In this document: positions 42,926-57,629 of the stretch, piece by piece
How positions within the stretch are numbered: position 1 is the stretch's first letter
Layout: each line of letters opens with the position of its first letter
Assembly (NCBI RefSeq): GCF_009914755.1
Contig: NC_060928.1
Origin: the human T2T-CHM13v2.0 reference genome, Homo sapiens
Reading direction: 5' to 3' (one strand)
DNA: 64,000 bases
Position numbers and translations under genes: made by a program
Notes under the pieces: generated by a model
Database searches by the model: none
What the model saw: the letters and a program-made list of their open reading frames with translations, nothing else
What the model was told of the DNA's origin: nothing

Positions 42926-42973
42926 GTGTGTAGCTGTGTGCTCGTGTGTGAGTGTGTGTGTGTGTGTGTGTGT
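42926..42973. repeat. (TG)n
   Basis: Directly visible. Confidence 0.9.
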
Positions 42974-44101
42974 AGAAGGGGAGTAATTTATGTGCTTAGA
43001 GAGATTTGTTGTTGTTGTTTTTTAATGTTTTTAGCTAAACAATACTGTTGTCTGACTTCAGTCTTTTTCAAGAGCAAAGAAATGTCAATCCATGAATCCA
43101 GAGAGATAGAGTTCAGGGACTTGTTTCTTCTGATAAACCTGCAGTTGACTCTCATGGTGTATTTGGAATAAATGGGTCAGATTAGTGAAATGTCATTTTT
43201 GTTGTTTCTATTTTGCAGTTTATAAACTTGGAATGCTCCAGAAGTTTAAGAGCCAAGAACAATGCTGGCATGATCATAAGGTCAATTACATCTTAACATT
43301 TGCCAAAAATAGAGTAGTGGCCTCAAAATAGTTTCATTTCAGAGAAAGGGATATAAAAAGAGTGGGTACCAATAATTATATAAAAGTATTATACTAATCT
43401 AAACCATGATCATCTGATGTCCCATTTCTATGGCTCCTGAGTTTTTCTCCAACTTGAATAAGCCTGAATCTAGTGACATATGCATTCTATGTGTTAACTA
43501 AATATCAAGGATCAATAACACTGGGTTTCCACTGAAGAGCCTTTAGGGCTACTAAGAATTTAAAGGTGAAACAGAGTCTGCCAGCACTCCTGCTCCAAAC
43601 AGAAACATGTGCTGTCTTAACTATTTTAAATTCTGGGATTTGACCTCAACATTTTATTATGCAACCCTATTATACTGTCTAAAAATAATATTTTCAAGCC
43701 AGTGACTCTCCAGCAAGTCTGTGTAACTACCACCACCACCATCATCAAGGTTAATTACAATATTTCCCAAGACTCTTCCAAAATCTTTACATATATTATA
43801 CATTTGTGGCAAAGGTTAAATGTATATATGAGGAAAATAATACATTAACTGAAAAGTATATAAACATTATATCTAATGCTATCCAAAAAGGTTGCTCTAG
43901 AAATCTAAAAATTACTTTACTTTGGCTCAACTTACTTTATTTCCAACCAGATTAACAAGACTTATGACTCCATTAACACTGAATCGAAAATGATTCACTG
44001 TGGTGACCTTTCTAAGCTGAAAAGAGGACTATAGCATCTTGAATAGTCAACGCCTATATTGTAATTTAAAGGCTAAACAATACGTAAACTAGATTTTAAA
44101 G

Positions 44102-45683
44102 TGTAAATGCCATCCTTACCGTGTCACTTTTTCAGTTGGAAACCTCTGCGGCTGGTGGTGCCTTTGCCTGAGTTTTACACGGGCCCGCTGGCCTCTTCTG
44201 CTCACTCGCCCCAGCAGGCTGTATTTGGCTCATAATACTGACCTGGATCCCACACCTGCCAAGGGCGAGCCTGGTGAGGAGTAGCAAGGGGTGTGTTAAT
44301 AAGCATGGGGTCTGGCCACTGCACACAGCCATGCGTGCTTGCTGCCACTGGGCAGGCAGCTCCAGGCGCCAGCACAGGCGTGGGTTCCGTGTGAGACTGG
44401 CTGGACCAGGCGTTACCACAAATGGCTTCCACTGCAGGCACTGGGAAATACGATGGCACCCGGAAGCTTGGAGACACCAGAAACTGCGGAGCCCCAAAGA
44501 GGGTGTCACAGCCCTGGCTCAGGAGTCTCTAGGTCTGGGATTCCTGAAGGGCCACAGCAGTTCGTTTCTCCTCGTCGCCCACAAAGTGGCGAGCGGTGGG
44601 CATGTTTCAGCCCTGTTTGTGTTACCGCTCTTTCAGTCCCACCATTCACTGGGTCCCAGGGTCTTGTTCCACGACAAGAATGAGGTACACGGACAAGTGG
44701 AGGGTGAGCAAGGCAGAGAGGAGCTTCATTGACAGAACGGCTGCAGAGGACCGGAAGTGGACAGCTCCTTTCCGCAGGCGGGTTGTCCCAATGAGTGTCC
44801 ACCTCAGCAGAGAGGAGACCCGGAGTGGGTGGTTCCGCTCACATGCAAGTTGTCGTGATGAGTGCAGCTCTCAGTGGAGCGGAGAACCAGAATGGGTAGC
44901 TCCTTTCCACAGGCAAGTCATCCTGATGTCTATGTGAGTTTGGCTGGTTTCGGGGATTTTACGGTCTCAGAAGGGAGAAAGTACGTGCTGATTCATCCAT
45001 GGGCAGCCATGGGCAGGCTGGTAAAAAGCACCATGAGTTCCCACTCCACCTGGATCTGACAGCCCGGCCACCAGGCTTCAGGCCGTCTCTACCTTGAAGG
45101 TGGGGCTTCACGTGGGACTAATCCCTTTCCACCCAGGAACCTGTTTGCCTCCCGCCATCAACATGCAGTCCACAGTGCCCAGGCTGTTCTTACCAAGCAG
45201 TGGCCTTTGCCAAGCTGACTTCAGCCCCTCCTCAGCCTCCATCCCATGTTCGTCGGTGCCCGAAGTCCAGAGGGGGCTGAGGTGGCAGAAGGCTGGCATT
45301 TCAGTGTCACCCTGAGCGTGCGCACACACACCCGGTCTGGTTGCAACAGCACCCAGGCTTTGCCACAACTTTGATCCTCACCAGAGTGGGCGCCAGGAGT
45401 GGGGTGAGGTCAGGCAATGGGAGCAGGAACTTTCAAGCCTGCGGTGGCAAGGAGCTTCCTGGGCCCCTGACAATACAGGGATGCTCGGATCTGAAGCTAC
45501 AGCTGGGCAGCTGTAGCTGCGCCCAAGACCACAGGGCTCCCACTCTGCCAGCTCTGTAGGGGGATGGGCTCCTGCCTGTTCCCAGTTCCTACCGCCCTGA
45601 GGAGTGTGTAACCCGGGCCGCACTTCCTCCCCTGCAGCTGGCGTCTTTGCAGTGGCTGTTCCAGACCAGCTACCATTGCCATC
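44102..45683 (-). mobile_element. MER52-family ERV1 solo LTR (~1.6 kb, GC-rich)
   Basis: Reverse strand starts tgatggcaatggtagctggtctggaacagccactgcaaagacgccagctgcag; contains aagaatgaggtacacggacaagtggagggtgagcaagg and ggaaacctctgcggctggtggtgcc. Confidence 0.88.
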
Positions 45684-45761
45684 AAAAACATGTGGTTGAG
45701 TATGAAAGAAAGCAGAGATTAAGAAGATGGATTATTTTCTGGTCTTATTCTTTTCAATACA

Positions 45762-46166
45762 CAGTTGACCCTAGAGCAATGCTGGTGTTATGGGTGCTGA
45801 CTTCCATGCAGCTGAAAATCTGAGCATAACCACTGACTGCTTAAAAAGTTAAATAGTAGAAGCCCACTGCTGACTGGAAGCCTCACCCATATCACAAAGA
45901 TTCAATTAACACCTACTGTATTCTAACAATAAAGTAAGCTAGAGACAAAAAAACGTTATTAAGAAACTCAGAAGGAAGAAAAAACATATTTACTATTCAT
46001 TAAGTGAAAGAGGGACATCCTTTCTGTCTTCAGGTTGAGTAAGCTGAGGAGAAGGAGGAAGAAGAAGGGGGGTTGGTTTTTCTGTCTCAGGGGTGGCAAC
46101 GGCAAAAGAAAACTTACTTATAATTGGACCCATGCAGTTCACACTTAGCTGTTGAAGTGCTGACTG
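45762..46166 (+). mobile_element. Tigger2a-like DNA transposon
   Basis: TIR cagttgacccta…/…gttgaagtgctgactg; aataaagtaagctagaga…gttattaagaaa…ggctgaggagaaggaggaag-like core. Confidence 0.85.
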
Positions 46167-46384
46167 CATTTTACAATATTAATAATTATACTTGATTATA
46201 AAATTTTAGAGGTAAGATATACTACCAACTGAAAATGTAGTTATAATTACAGAATAACCATATTAGTAACTGTTGCTTCATTTTTGACCATGTAAGATGT
46301 GAAAAATATGCACTACTGAGGAAAAGGCAGAACAAATTTTAGTAATTGATTTCCCTAAGAATTCCTAAATGGTGATGAACATGA

Positions 46385-47195
<811 letters not shown>

Positions 47196-47257
47196 TGGAC
47201 AAAATGTGACTTCAACTGAAAGCCAAAAATAGCAAATGGAGTTTGATATGCCACCTT

Positions 47258-47412
47258 GCCTGTCAAAGTGTGATACAGAGTCCAGTAGCATCAACATCTC
47301 CAGGGAGGTTTTCATAGATTCAGTATCTTAGGCCCCACTACAAAATCAGGATCTGCATTTTCTCAAGATCCTCAGATAAATTGCGGAAACATTCATGGAT
47401 AAGAAGCACTAA
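47258..47412. mobile_element. MER5A-like hAT MITE
   Basis: tcaaagtgtg…ccagtagcatcaacatc…aggccccac…aatcaggatctgcattttctcaagatcctcag…aagaagcact. Confidence 0.75.
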
Positions 47413-47899
47413 TATAAGGAATGTATTCAATGTGGGTTCAAAAACATTGATGAGAAAGATGAAATTCTTGGATTTTTATCTTATTTTATTCAATTACTAT
47501 CAAGTTATCTAATTTTTAGAGATCAAAAGATAGCTTTATAACACCCCTTCTATTTTTCTTAGGATGATCAAAGGGATTATGAAGAAAATGCCTTGGAAAA
47601 GTTGAAAGTAATCTATTTATATAATGAATAAATTATTGTTATTTTGGGATAAAATCTATTGCTTTTATTTAAACTTGGAACTTTGCTTCAAATAATTCAC
47701 AATAATATTTGATTTGGAAAGAAGTTAAATTTATGAAATATTGAGAAAAACTTCAAAAGAGATTTTTACTGAATAATGAATTAATAATTCTAAAACTTTT
47801 CTATAAGCAGAATCTTACTTTTTTATTCTAGATAATGCTCTATATGCAAGAAGTGGGAAATTACATAAGCTAATTTGAAAATAAGTTTATGCTCTAACC

Positions 47900-50120
47900 A
47901 TCCCTGGTCACAATGCCTTTTTTCTTTCCTTAATGGCAAACTAGGCTCGCCCGATTTGTACACCATGCTGTCTCAGGGCAGGGAGTGGTTTAGAGTTATT
48001 TCTGATTCAGTCACTTGTACCCTTATGTTGAACTAACATATATTGAGATCATAAAGATAAAGAATACTTAGTTAAGTACACTGTTCACTGAGTCCTCCTA
48101 AGGTGGCTCACATGGGCCAAGTCGGGGAATGTAATGGGTTTCTGTACATTTTATCAAAATGCCCTGTCTCTTTTCTACCTGATCCTACTGGACAAAAGGT
48201 GTAGGTATGAGTAGAAGACGATTCAACAACAACAACAACAAAAAGGCAAAGTTACAACTCTTGGAAATAGAGGCACCAATTTTGTGGAAAGCAACAATCA
48301 TAGCACCTGGAGAGAAAATACCTTAGACCCCTGGAGATATGAGGAGGGGAAAACGTTAATGATCTTTTTTCTTTCAGAACTACCCTGGAAGCTCCCTCAA
48401 AGAATACATCCTGGTTTGACTATCCTAAACTGTTGGAAGTGCATTAAATTGTAAATGACTGCTGAATGTCATTCCTTGCCAGTTGCTTCTGACCATGATT
48501 TGATAGATATTCCACCTCATCTTAGACATCTATTAGAAACAGTAGACCATGATCCTATTTCTTACATCTCCGTGTAAAATAGCTGTTGGACTCTCTGAGT
48601 ATCTACCCCATCTGCATTACCACGACAGTCACTCGGTCATTCCAAGGATAGACAAATGTTGTCCAGTGAGTGTCTGGATAACACAGGGTAGATTGATGGC
48701 CTTTAGGCAGTTTTTTTTTTTTTAAATCAAGCACTAAATGTAATTATTCTAACTTAATTGGAAACTCTAAGGTTTACCAGCCAGAGAGAGGCCATGTTCA
48801 CTGTGCCATCAACTAGTACTTCCTGAGTGATGTAGGTATACTCGGTAGATCTCCAACATAATTAACTTTCCCTTTAGGGACACCATATACATCCCTGCGG
48901 CTGTACTTACGGGAAGCCAGAAATTAAGTTGCTTCCCTCCCAGAAACATGGTAATTGCACCTAAGGGGTGATAGCGTGATAGTGAAAGACTTTTAATTGT
49001 TTAAGAAAACACGACAGTAGATTATGTAGCCTTCAAATAAATGCTTAGATAGCTAAAAAATGAGGTTATGCTTGGTTACTTGGTGCATTTGGCTGAATGA
49101 TGACCCCCCTTCCCCAAATATATATCCATATTCTGATACTCAGAGCCTGTGAATGCCACATTATTTTCTGATAAAACGGGTCTTGGCAGATGCTTGAGAT
49201 AAGGATATCATTTGTATTATCTATGTGAGCCCTAAATGATTAATGACAAGGGTTCTTATAAAAGAGAGGTGGAAAAATATTCGAGAGACAGAAAGGAGAA
49301 GGTAATGTGACCACAGAGACAGAGATAGCGGTGAGTCCACTGCAAGCCAAAGAAAAACTGGAACTTTCAAAAGCTGGAAGAGGCAAGAAACAGATTATTC
49401 CCTAGAGCATGTGGAGGAAGCATTTTCCTACCAACAAATTGACTTTGGACTTTTGCTTTTAGGAACTGTAAGATAATACATTTTTGTTGCTTTAAGCTGC
49501 AAAATATAGCAGCCAGAGAAAATGAATACATTTGAGAAAGCTTCCCAGAAAATAAATGACTCATAAATTTCGTTTCTTACATAAAGTTATCTCAAAGAAG
49601 GAAGTAATTTAATTAGAAAGTTCATATGAAATTTGTTACTGGCTTTAGCAAAGTAATTAATGACACAACCTTGGCTCCTGGAGGTATTCAGGTCATCCCC
49701 TACTCTCTGGGCAAAGATGTCATGGATGATAGGTTTGCTCTAACTTCCTCCTTGCAAACCAAGACAGTGGCTAGAAAATTGCTAATGCATCTTGCTGCAC
49801 CAGGAGTGATGCCTTCTGCTAAGTAGAAAGATCCCAATATAATTAATAAACCTAAGTAGAAAGCCACTTGGCTTTCTAGGGTAGATACTGATGGTTTCTG
49901 GGTTTGTTCACCAGATTGGATTCTGGACCCTGAGGTACATACTAAAATCAATATGGCAGGAATCTTGTTGATAATAGTCTTGATTAAACACTGAATGGAC
50001 AAACTGAACAAATTTGGTCCCAGCTTCTGTTTTCAGATTAATCAGAGTGGTCAATGGAATAGTGTACTCATGGGAAAAGTCACTGGAAGTCAAGATGGTA
50101 CAGCAACAAGGTGGGTTTAT
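47900..50120 (+). mobile_element. ERV internal region (HERVL40-like) with decayed env; 5' boundary approximate
   Basis: SU-like VGSALN..DC*-CH at ~48432-48472; TM-like KVINDTTLA…SLGKDVMDDRFAL/FLLANQDSG*KIANASCCT at 49650-49802; purine-rich aaggtggg just before the 3' LTR. Confidence 0.75.
49084..49530 (+). mobile_element. MLT1B/C MaLR solo LTR inserted in the env remnant
   Basis: ggctgaatgatg…gagcctgtgaatg…aagctggaagaggcaagaaacagatt…aggaactgtaagataata…gttgctttaagc…gaaaatgaataca. Confidence 0.88.
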
Positions 50121-50619
50121 TGTTAAGAGACAATTTATCCATGGGCCTTTCATGTTTCTGAATGTCTTACAGACAGAGGCATTGGCTTCTTTTTTTCTGA
50201 AAAACTTTTCAGGAATATTTTTAGAACAAAATATTTCATAAAGGAGAAATAGTTTATCCCTTTAGACTAGAAAGGATGTTGGTTTACCATTCAGTATAAG
50301 AAAGGTAAGGTGTCCTTCTGGGAAAAGGCTTACTGCCATTATAAAATATTCAAGTTCTCGAAATAAGGGATTTTTCTCTTGTAATGCCCCCGCCACCCCA
50401 CCACTGCATATGCAAGTACCATCTGGCCCTCTTTGCACTGTATTGTGGTGATTGTGGCTCAGCAAACTGGAGCAAATGCTACTGTTGTGAGTAATAAAAT
50501 TATTTGTTTCTGATCCAGGAGCCTCTTCTGCAAGCATAAATGAAACTGCGGCAAGCTAGCTTGTAAGCTTGCAAGTCAGGTAAAATTGAAGTTCCTCAGA
50601 TCCTTCACTGTTCTTGCTA
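50121..50619 (+). mobile_element. LTR40-family 3' LTR
   Basis: tgttaagagacaatttatccatggg…gagtaataaa…tgaaactgcggcaagctagcttgtaagcttgcaag…tcagatccttcactgttcttg. Confidence 0.8.
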
Positions 50620-50822
50620 CCGTACAGCAGTCCAAAAGGGATGAACTTCATTTATGCATATCATATCTCGTTAAGAAACTGCTAATAAAAAAAGTGATTG
50701 AAAACATCAAAAGGACAAATTTTTTAAACCTTTTTTTCTCTTTTTTCTGAAAATACAATTTACATCTGTTAGATATACCATTTTGATTAATATAAATCTT
50801 ACTAAATTTAGTCCACTTGGGA

Positions 50823-51230
50823 TGCTATTTTTTGCATGTTTGTGTCCTCTCCAAAATTCAAGTTAAAATTTAAGCCCTAATGCAATAGTATTAAGAGGAG
50901 GGGCCTTTAGAAGGAAATTAGGCCATGAGGGCTCTGCCCTCATAGATGGGATTAGTGCCTTATAAATGAGCGAAGGGAGAACTAGTTAGGCCTTTTTGCT
51001 CTTTCATCCTTTTCACCATGTGAGTAAGGACACAACATTAGTCTCTTCCAGAGGATACATCAACAAGGTACCATCTTGGAAGCAGAGACAGGACCCTCAC
51101 CAGATACCAAACCTGCCGGTCCCTTGGTCTTAGACTTTCAGCCTCCAGAACTGTGAGAAATAAATTTCTGTTCTTTATAAATTATCTACTTTAAGGTATT
51201 TTGTCATAGCAGCACAAATGGACTAAGACA
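50823..51230 (+). mobile_element. MST (MSTD-like) MaLR solo LTR
   Basis: tgctat…gtttgtgtcctctccaaaattca…ccatgagggctctgccctc…agcctccagaactgtgagaaataaatttctg…agcagcacaaatggactaagaca. Confidence 0.9.
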
Positions 51231-51773
51231 TGGAGTGATTAAGTGTTACGGCAGAAGTATAGAGCAGGTTGTTTTCTCTGGAATTACATATGAGGGGCCA
51301 AGAGCAGTTATGTGGTGGCGTGTGGGAGGGAGGAAAGTGTCAATTGCTGAAAGCTTCCTGACTGTTGTTACAAAAATTTTACATATTGTGACACCATATC
51401 TTCTGGAGATATACAGAATCTAATCAGCCATCATTTAAAAATATATAAAATTTATGACAAGAATGTTAAAATAATGTATTATATACTAGAGTAACAAACA
51501 TATTAGTTGAGTTCCATCAAGACATATAGCAACAGGAGGTTTGAGGGTTAGACTGTCACATGAATTATGAAGTATCCACTATAAGACTACTCTTTTTTGA
51601 CTTGAAATCACTTATGGTTGTAGACATGGTAGAGGACATTTCATCATGGCAGTTAACACGTACAAAAACTGCACCAGAGATTTGTTCCTTAGCTTTTACA
51701 ACCTGCCTTAAATTTCTGGCAAGTATGCAGCACAAATCATTGGAGGTGTTATCTTCAGAACTTTTATGAGACT

Positions 51774-52345
51774 TGTATTAATTTTATATTGCTTCTGTAA
51801 CATATTATTACTAATTGAGTGGTTTAAACAAGAGAAAATTATTAACAGTATTTTATAGTTCTGCAGGTCAGTAGTACCACACAGGCCTCATGAAGCTCAT
51901 ATCAAACATTAGCAGGGCTGAATTTTTTTCTGTTGAGTTTCAGGGAGAATCCATTTCCATATGCATTCAGGTTGTTGGCAAAATTCTGTTTCTGTGATTA
52001 TAAAACTGGGTTTCAGCTGAGGGACATTCCCAGCTTTTAGACACCTACAGTTTTTGGCTTGTGCCATCCTCCTATTTTTAAAGTCAGAAAAAGTGGATTG
52101 AGTCCTTCTCCTGTCATATCTTTCTAATCCTTCTTCTCTTGTTATATGTCTCTCTGACCCAGCCAGGAAAGCTTCTTCCTTCTAAGGATTTATGTGATTA
52201 GATTGGGTCAAACCAGAACATTTCAAAGTCCATACCCTTAATCACATCTGCAAAATCTCTGTTGCCATGGAAGATAAATATTCACAGGTTCCAGAGATTA
52301 GAGTGTGAACAAACAGGAGGAATGGGTGTCCTCTGTTTGTAGTCC
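51774..52345 (-). mobile_element. MLT1D/E-type MaLR solo LTR
   Basis: tgtattaattttatattgcttctgtaaca…gggagaatccatttcc…ttaatcacatctgcaaaatc…attcacaggttccagagattag. Confidence 0.85.
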
Positions 52346-54140
52346 TCTGCATAGCAGAGGACTACATAATTGTTCCTTGGTGGTTTTGTGTATGTTACTC
52401 ACAGAAAGATTTAAAATTCAGTACAGAAATAACAAAATTGATTGCATACATAAGGACTGCTTTTATGTTAAGGAATATTCTATGAATATTTGGTATTATT
52501 AACATTTACTATACTTGAGAGAATTTAGCTTAATTGAGTAACAGCTCTTCTGAAAATATTTTATGCCATTTGTTATGTGTAATTATTATTATAAATTGAA
52601 ATTTTAGTCAGGTTATATACTTTACTAGAGCACTTAAATGAACTTAATAGTAAAAATATTTATATGTTTAATTTGTTAGATTCACAAGTATTATTTAAGT
52701 ACTTGAGTAGATTTATTAGCGTACTTAATAAGAAAACCAGATGTGTTCATATGTAAATGTAGTTTAAAATTTTAGCAAATTTATCTAAGTTTTTAGAATG
52801 AATATTAATCAAAAGACCACTTAAAGTAAGTGTTACTATTTGCTAGTTTTATAAATAGCACAGTAATATTTATAAGGTATAAATAAGCATTTAATTAAAA
52901 TATGGAGTTTTAAGTTTAATAATTTAAATTAATAGAATAAAATGTAATTTTACATCAAAATAAATACCTGAGTATAATTTTCTGTGCATAGAATACACAG
53001 ACACACACACAAACTGTTAACAAGTTAACATAAATATCATGTCTTAGATAGTTCCCCAAAATTATGTAGGAATTAGCCAGGCATAGGATAGGAAAGGGGA
53101 AGAAGGACAATGGACAAGTAGTAAAATTAAGTGTCAAGGAAAGAGAAAAATTGATGTTTTTCAAGTCAACGAGCCAACAGAATGCCTATGTAAAGACATC
53201 AACATATGAGACCATAAGGCACCCTTTAGCTTAAGCCATTGGGATCTCCTGTTTTTCAGTTAATATTAACAATCCATTATTGTGAGAAATCATAAAAGGG
53301 AAAACAAATCAGTCATAAATTAAACATTTCATTTTAATTTCAAATATATGCACGTGTTTATTCAGGACTTTGAGTATGGGATCTACAAGTTAAAAATTAA
53401 TTTAATTTTTTTCATAAATTATACCCACACTTCATAATCTATGTTCCTCAATTTTGTTTTTGTTTTGAATGGAGCTGGAGAGTAAAGATAATCATAAGCT
53501 TGAAATTTCCCCTGTCTTTTATAGTTGTCCATTTCACTTAAATAACTCACATTTATCATTTTTCTGAAACATTTCATTTAGTTTTCATGGAAATAAGGCC
53601 TTTTCTCACACATGTTTCATTAATTTACTCAATAGTTAATTAAATTGAAATAGCAATAAGACACAGCTGCATAAAAATTTGAAAACAAAAATTATATACT
53701 ATTGACAAGGATCAAGCTAACCAGAAAGGGACCTAAGTATTGATTTGTAAGTGAAATAATAATTCACATTGTAGATTCCGTTAGAAAGATTTATAGAGGG
53801 AATGAAGAACCTTAGTTGATATGGCATACAGGTAAGGAGGAGGCACGTTTCTAAAATAATTCCACTGTATTTGGTTATAATGCAGTGTAGAGTTTGGTGG
53901 AAAAAAAAAGAGTTCCCAAATTAGGCAAGAATTAGATAATTGAAGGCCTCATATGCCATAATATTAATAAATAGGATAGATTAGGCTTAGGGAAATGTCT
54001 TAGCATTACATGTTTTCTTACCTTTTATCATCTTGAGTTATTGCATCATCTAGCTCAGGGCCTTGCACACAATACATATTAAACAGTTGCTGTATGGATT
54101 TAAGTGAGGTGGTACTATCAGGAAAACTACTTGAACAGTG

Positions 54141-54580
54141 TTCCATGGTGTTTACGTAGGACATTTTCTTCATCCGGTCTATCATTGATGGACATTTAGG
54201 TTGATTCCATGTTTTTCTATTGTGAATAGTGCTGCAATGAACATAAGTGTGCATTAAAAAAAAGATCATGTTTCTTGCAGGGACATGGATGGAGCCATTA
54301 TTCTTAGCAAACTAACAGAAACAGAAAACCAAATGCCACATGTTCTCACTTATAAGTGGTGGCTAACTGATGAGAACACATGGACACATAGAGAGGAGTA
54401 ACACACTGGGGCCTTTCGGAGGGTGGAAGGTAGAAGGAGGGAGAGGATCAGGAAAAATAACTAATGGGTACTAGGCTTAATACCTAGTGATGAAATAATC
54501 TGTACAACAAAACCCCCTGTCATGTTTACCTATGCAACAAACCTGCACTTGCACCCTTGAACTTAAAAGTTAAAAAAAAG
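54141..54580 (+). mobile_element. Short L1PA (PA13-15-like) with 5' inversion
   Basis: 54141-54254 is antisense L1 (minus-strand TWNQPKCPSMID); 54255-54580 is the sense 3' end to polyA; TSD ttgaacagtg at 54131-54140 and 54585-54594. Confidence 0.9.
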
Positions 54581-54622
54581 GACATTGAACAGTGGATGAG
54601 CACCTCAAAAAGAGTTAAATTA

Positions 54623-54970
<348 letters not shown>

Positions 54971-55215
54971 TTATACTGAGGAAATTTGGGGGCCTATTAA
55001 AGTTAATAACAGTGTGTAATTTGTTGTAACTCACTAATTTGTGAACCTTTTTTTGTTCAAACACTCACACATTATTAAAATAATCTCTTTTCAAATGAAA
55101 GAAGTGGTATGAAGTTTACAAATTCCACAATCACTAATGCAATTGAAATAACTGATTCTTTTTTACAAGTCAATCTCAAAATTATCCAAATCATCTTCTT
55201 TCCTATTGATCTAAC

Positions 55216-55357
<142 letters not shown>

Positions 55358-57629
55358 TTATATCAAACAAGCCCTAAATCTCTGTAGCTTAATCACTCTC
55401 AGTACTTTGCATCCAATACATCTCATATGACATCTCATCATTATATCAAAATAAAATATCCATTCATCACACTGGTTTGAACATGTAAAAGTCAGTGAAA
55501 GATTGGAGAGACGAGGGAAGAGCAAACATAGAAAAATGAACAAAGAACAAATCTAAATGTCATTAGGCTAGTTGAGGTTTTTAATTTAGCCAAGGCGTTA
55601 TCTCATTAGCAAGGTGTCTTTATACCCTGAAAATGTCTTCATTTCCTCTTTCTTTATTTTCTTCATTAGAAACAAATTACTCAGTTGGTTCTTTACATAA
55701 ACAGCTAAGACCTGCAGTAATCAAGTCATAGATTTCTCGTGGTTTGTAACATGAGGACAGGAAGACTAAAGGACTGCTCAATTTCATCATGAATAGGGTC
55801 CCATAGAAATTATATGGTTTTATTTCTAGGAATTTTGACCACTCACTATATGGTAAAATGTTTTGTCTTTTCAGCTGCAATTCTTGATCAAAAAAATTTT
55901 AAAATATCAGTTGTATAGTTCATTTCAAACATGACCTTAGAAGTAACCTACTGCTGATTACTTAAAGCCAAATTTATACTCAAATATATTTTGTCCCCAT
56001 GCATATCATTATGTTACAGTGTTGGTATAGTAATAAATAGGATACTTGTTTTAAGTTAATGGAATATTTTTATCTTAGTACTAGTTTTGTTATTTTTAAT
56101 TATATGTAAGTTTCCAGATACACTTGATAGCACCATAATATTTTGAATTTGTTCTATTATTCAGAACAGGAAAATAACTTTTTGATAATATCTCCAAGAT
56201 CCCTTATTATACACTCTAGAAGAATGTTGATTTCCAATTAAATGTTATACAAAATCTTGACTGGGAGTTCTGCGGATTGCCAAAATCTCCCCACTCCCAC
56301 CCTGAACTTTCAGCTGGTAATGCTGCAAGAAATACAAACCATCAAATCCCACTAAACTTTAAAAAATGTTTTACATCACAGATTGACCTCTATTTTCCTT
56401 TTAAATACTAGCATTTCTTAGCCTTCACTCCTTATATTCTGGGCATAATTTATATGCAAATAGCCTCCTTCTTATAAACCTCGATCTCCCTCAAATGAGC
56501 TTACAGAAGATTGTAAATGTACTTTTGGCTTGCTGACAACAAACATATTTAGGAAAGAAAGACTGCAACTTACAAAAGCTTCCTTATAAAAGCTAAACTG
56601 ATTTCAAGGCTTCTAAACTAATCAGAGAGAATTAGCAGGGAGGAGGGAAGGATGATGAGTGAGGAATGTGCAAAGTGTTAAAGAACATCATGGTGGTTTG
56701 CTTCCTCTCATGGTCTGACAGCCTCGATCAGCTAATTAGGAAACCTTTACCCAAACTAGTGTTAATTTGTTATTTAGCCCCCATGGGAAATTTTCACAGC
56801 TAGAAGTCACTTGTCTTATAATATGTAGAGATATTTAGTTTGAAAACAAGGAGAATCTAGAAAGATATGAGAGGATGAATGGAGGATATTTGTTATGAAT
56901 TATCTATTACTTTATGCCATATCAACATTGATGTTAAGAATGAGAAGAGCCATTTTGTGTGCAGTATGCCAACCTGTGATCATTTGACATATAATGTGAA
57001 TCATGGGTTGATTAAATCCATCTCCTATGCTAAGCATGAAGCTTAATTATATAAAAAATCACCCAAGTACAACTGGCTGCTTGGGCCTGACTGACAGGAA
57101 CAGTATTTACTGTCAGGTTCCATCTAGGCCTGGCCCCTTCATTTCTTAAAGCCTTCATATATCAGACAGTGTGAATATTAGACCCCATCTTCTGGGATGG
57201 GACTTCTCAAATAATAATAGTGAAGTACTTTGCTTAATGATTTACTTACATTTTTGAAAGCTGGCTACAATGGGCACTGACAGTGGAAAAAGCAGTAGCC
57301 TGCTTGGAGGACTAATCTTTGATCATTACACAGAGAATCATGATTTATAGAGTAGTATTGATTTTTCCACATTAATCATTTTTTATTTCTAGGACAAAAT
57401 GTCCTTTCACAAAATCCAAATATTTAGAGAACTTCAATATATTAAACAGCTCCAAAAATAAAATACTTCATTCAAATATATTTAAAACTTACAGATTTTA
57501 TTTCCTTCAAATTAAAAGAAAAACCTTTAGACAAAAACAATTTTAAAATTCACTTTAATCTTTAAAAATATTAACAATAGGTTTAAAATAACTTGAAGAA
57601 TTTCAGGTTAGAATAATGGCAGGAAAAGC

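Noticed and set aside
43200-43290. Possible exon after ttctattttgcag
   Set aside because: The donor (aag|gtcaat) is weak and the translation is unrecognisable.
44132-45691. Dense overlapping ORFs up to 152 aa on both strands
   Set aside because: They lie within the GC-rich MER52 LTR, where stops are scarce, and show no recognisable domain.
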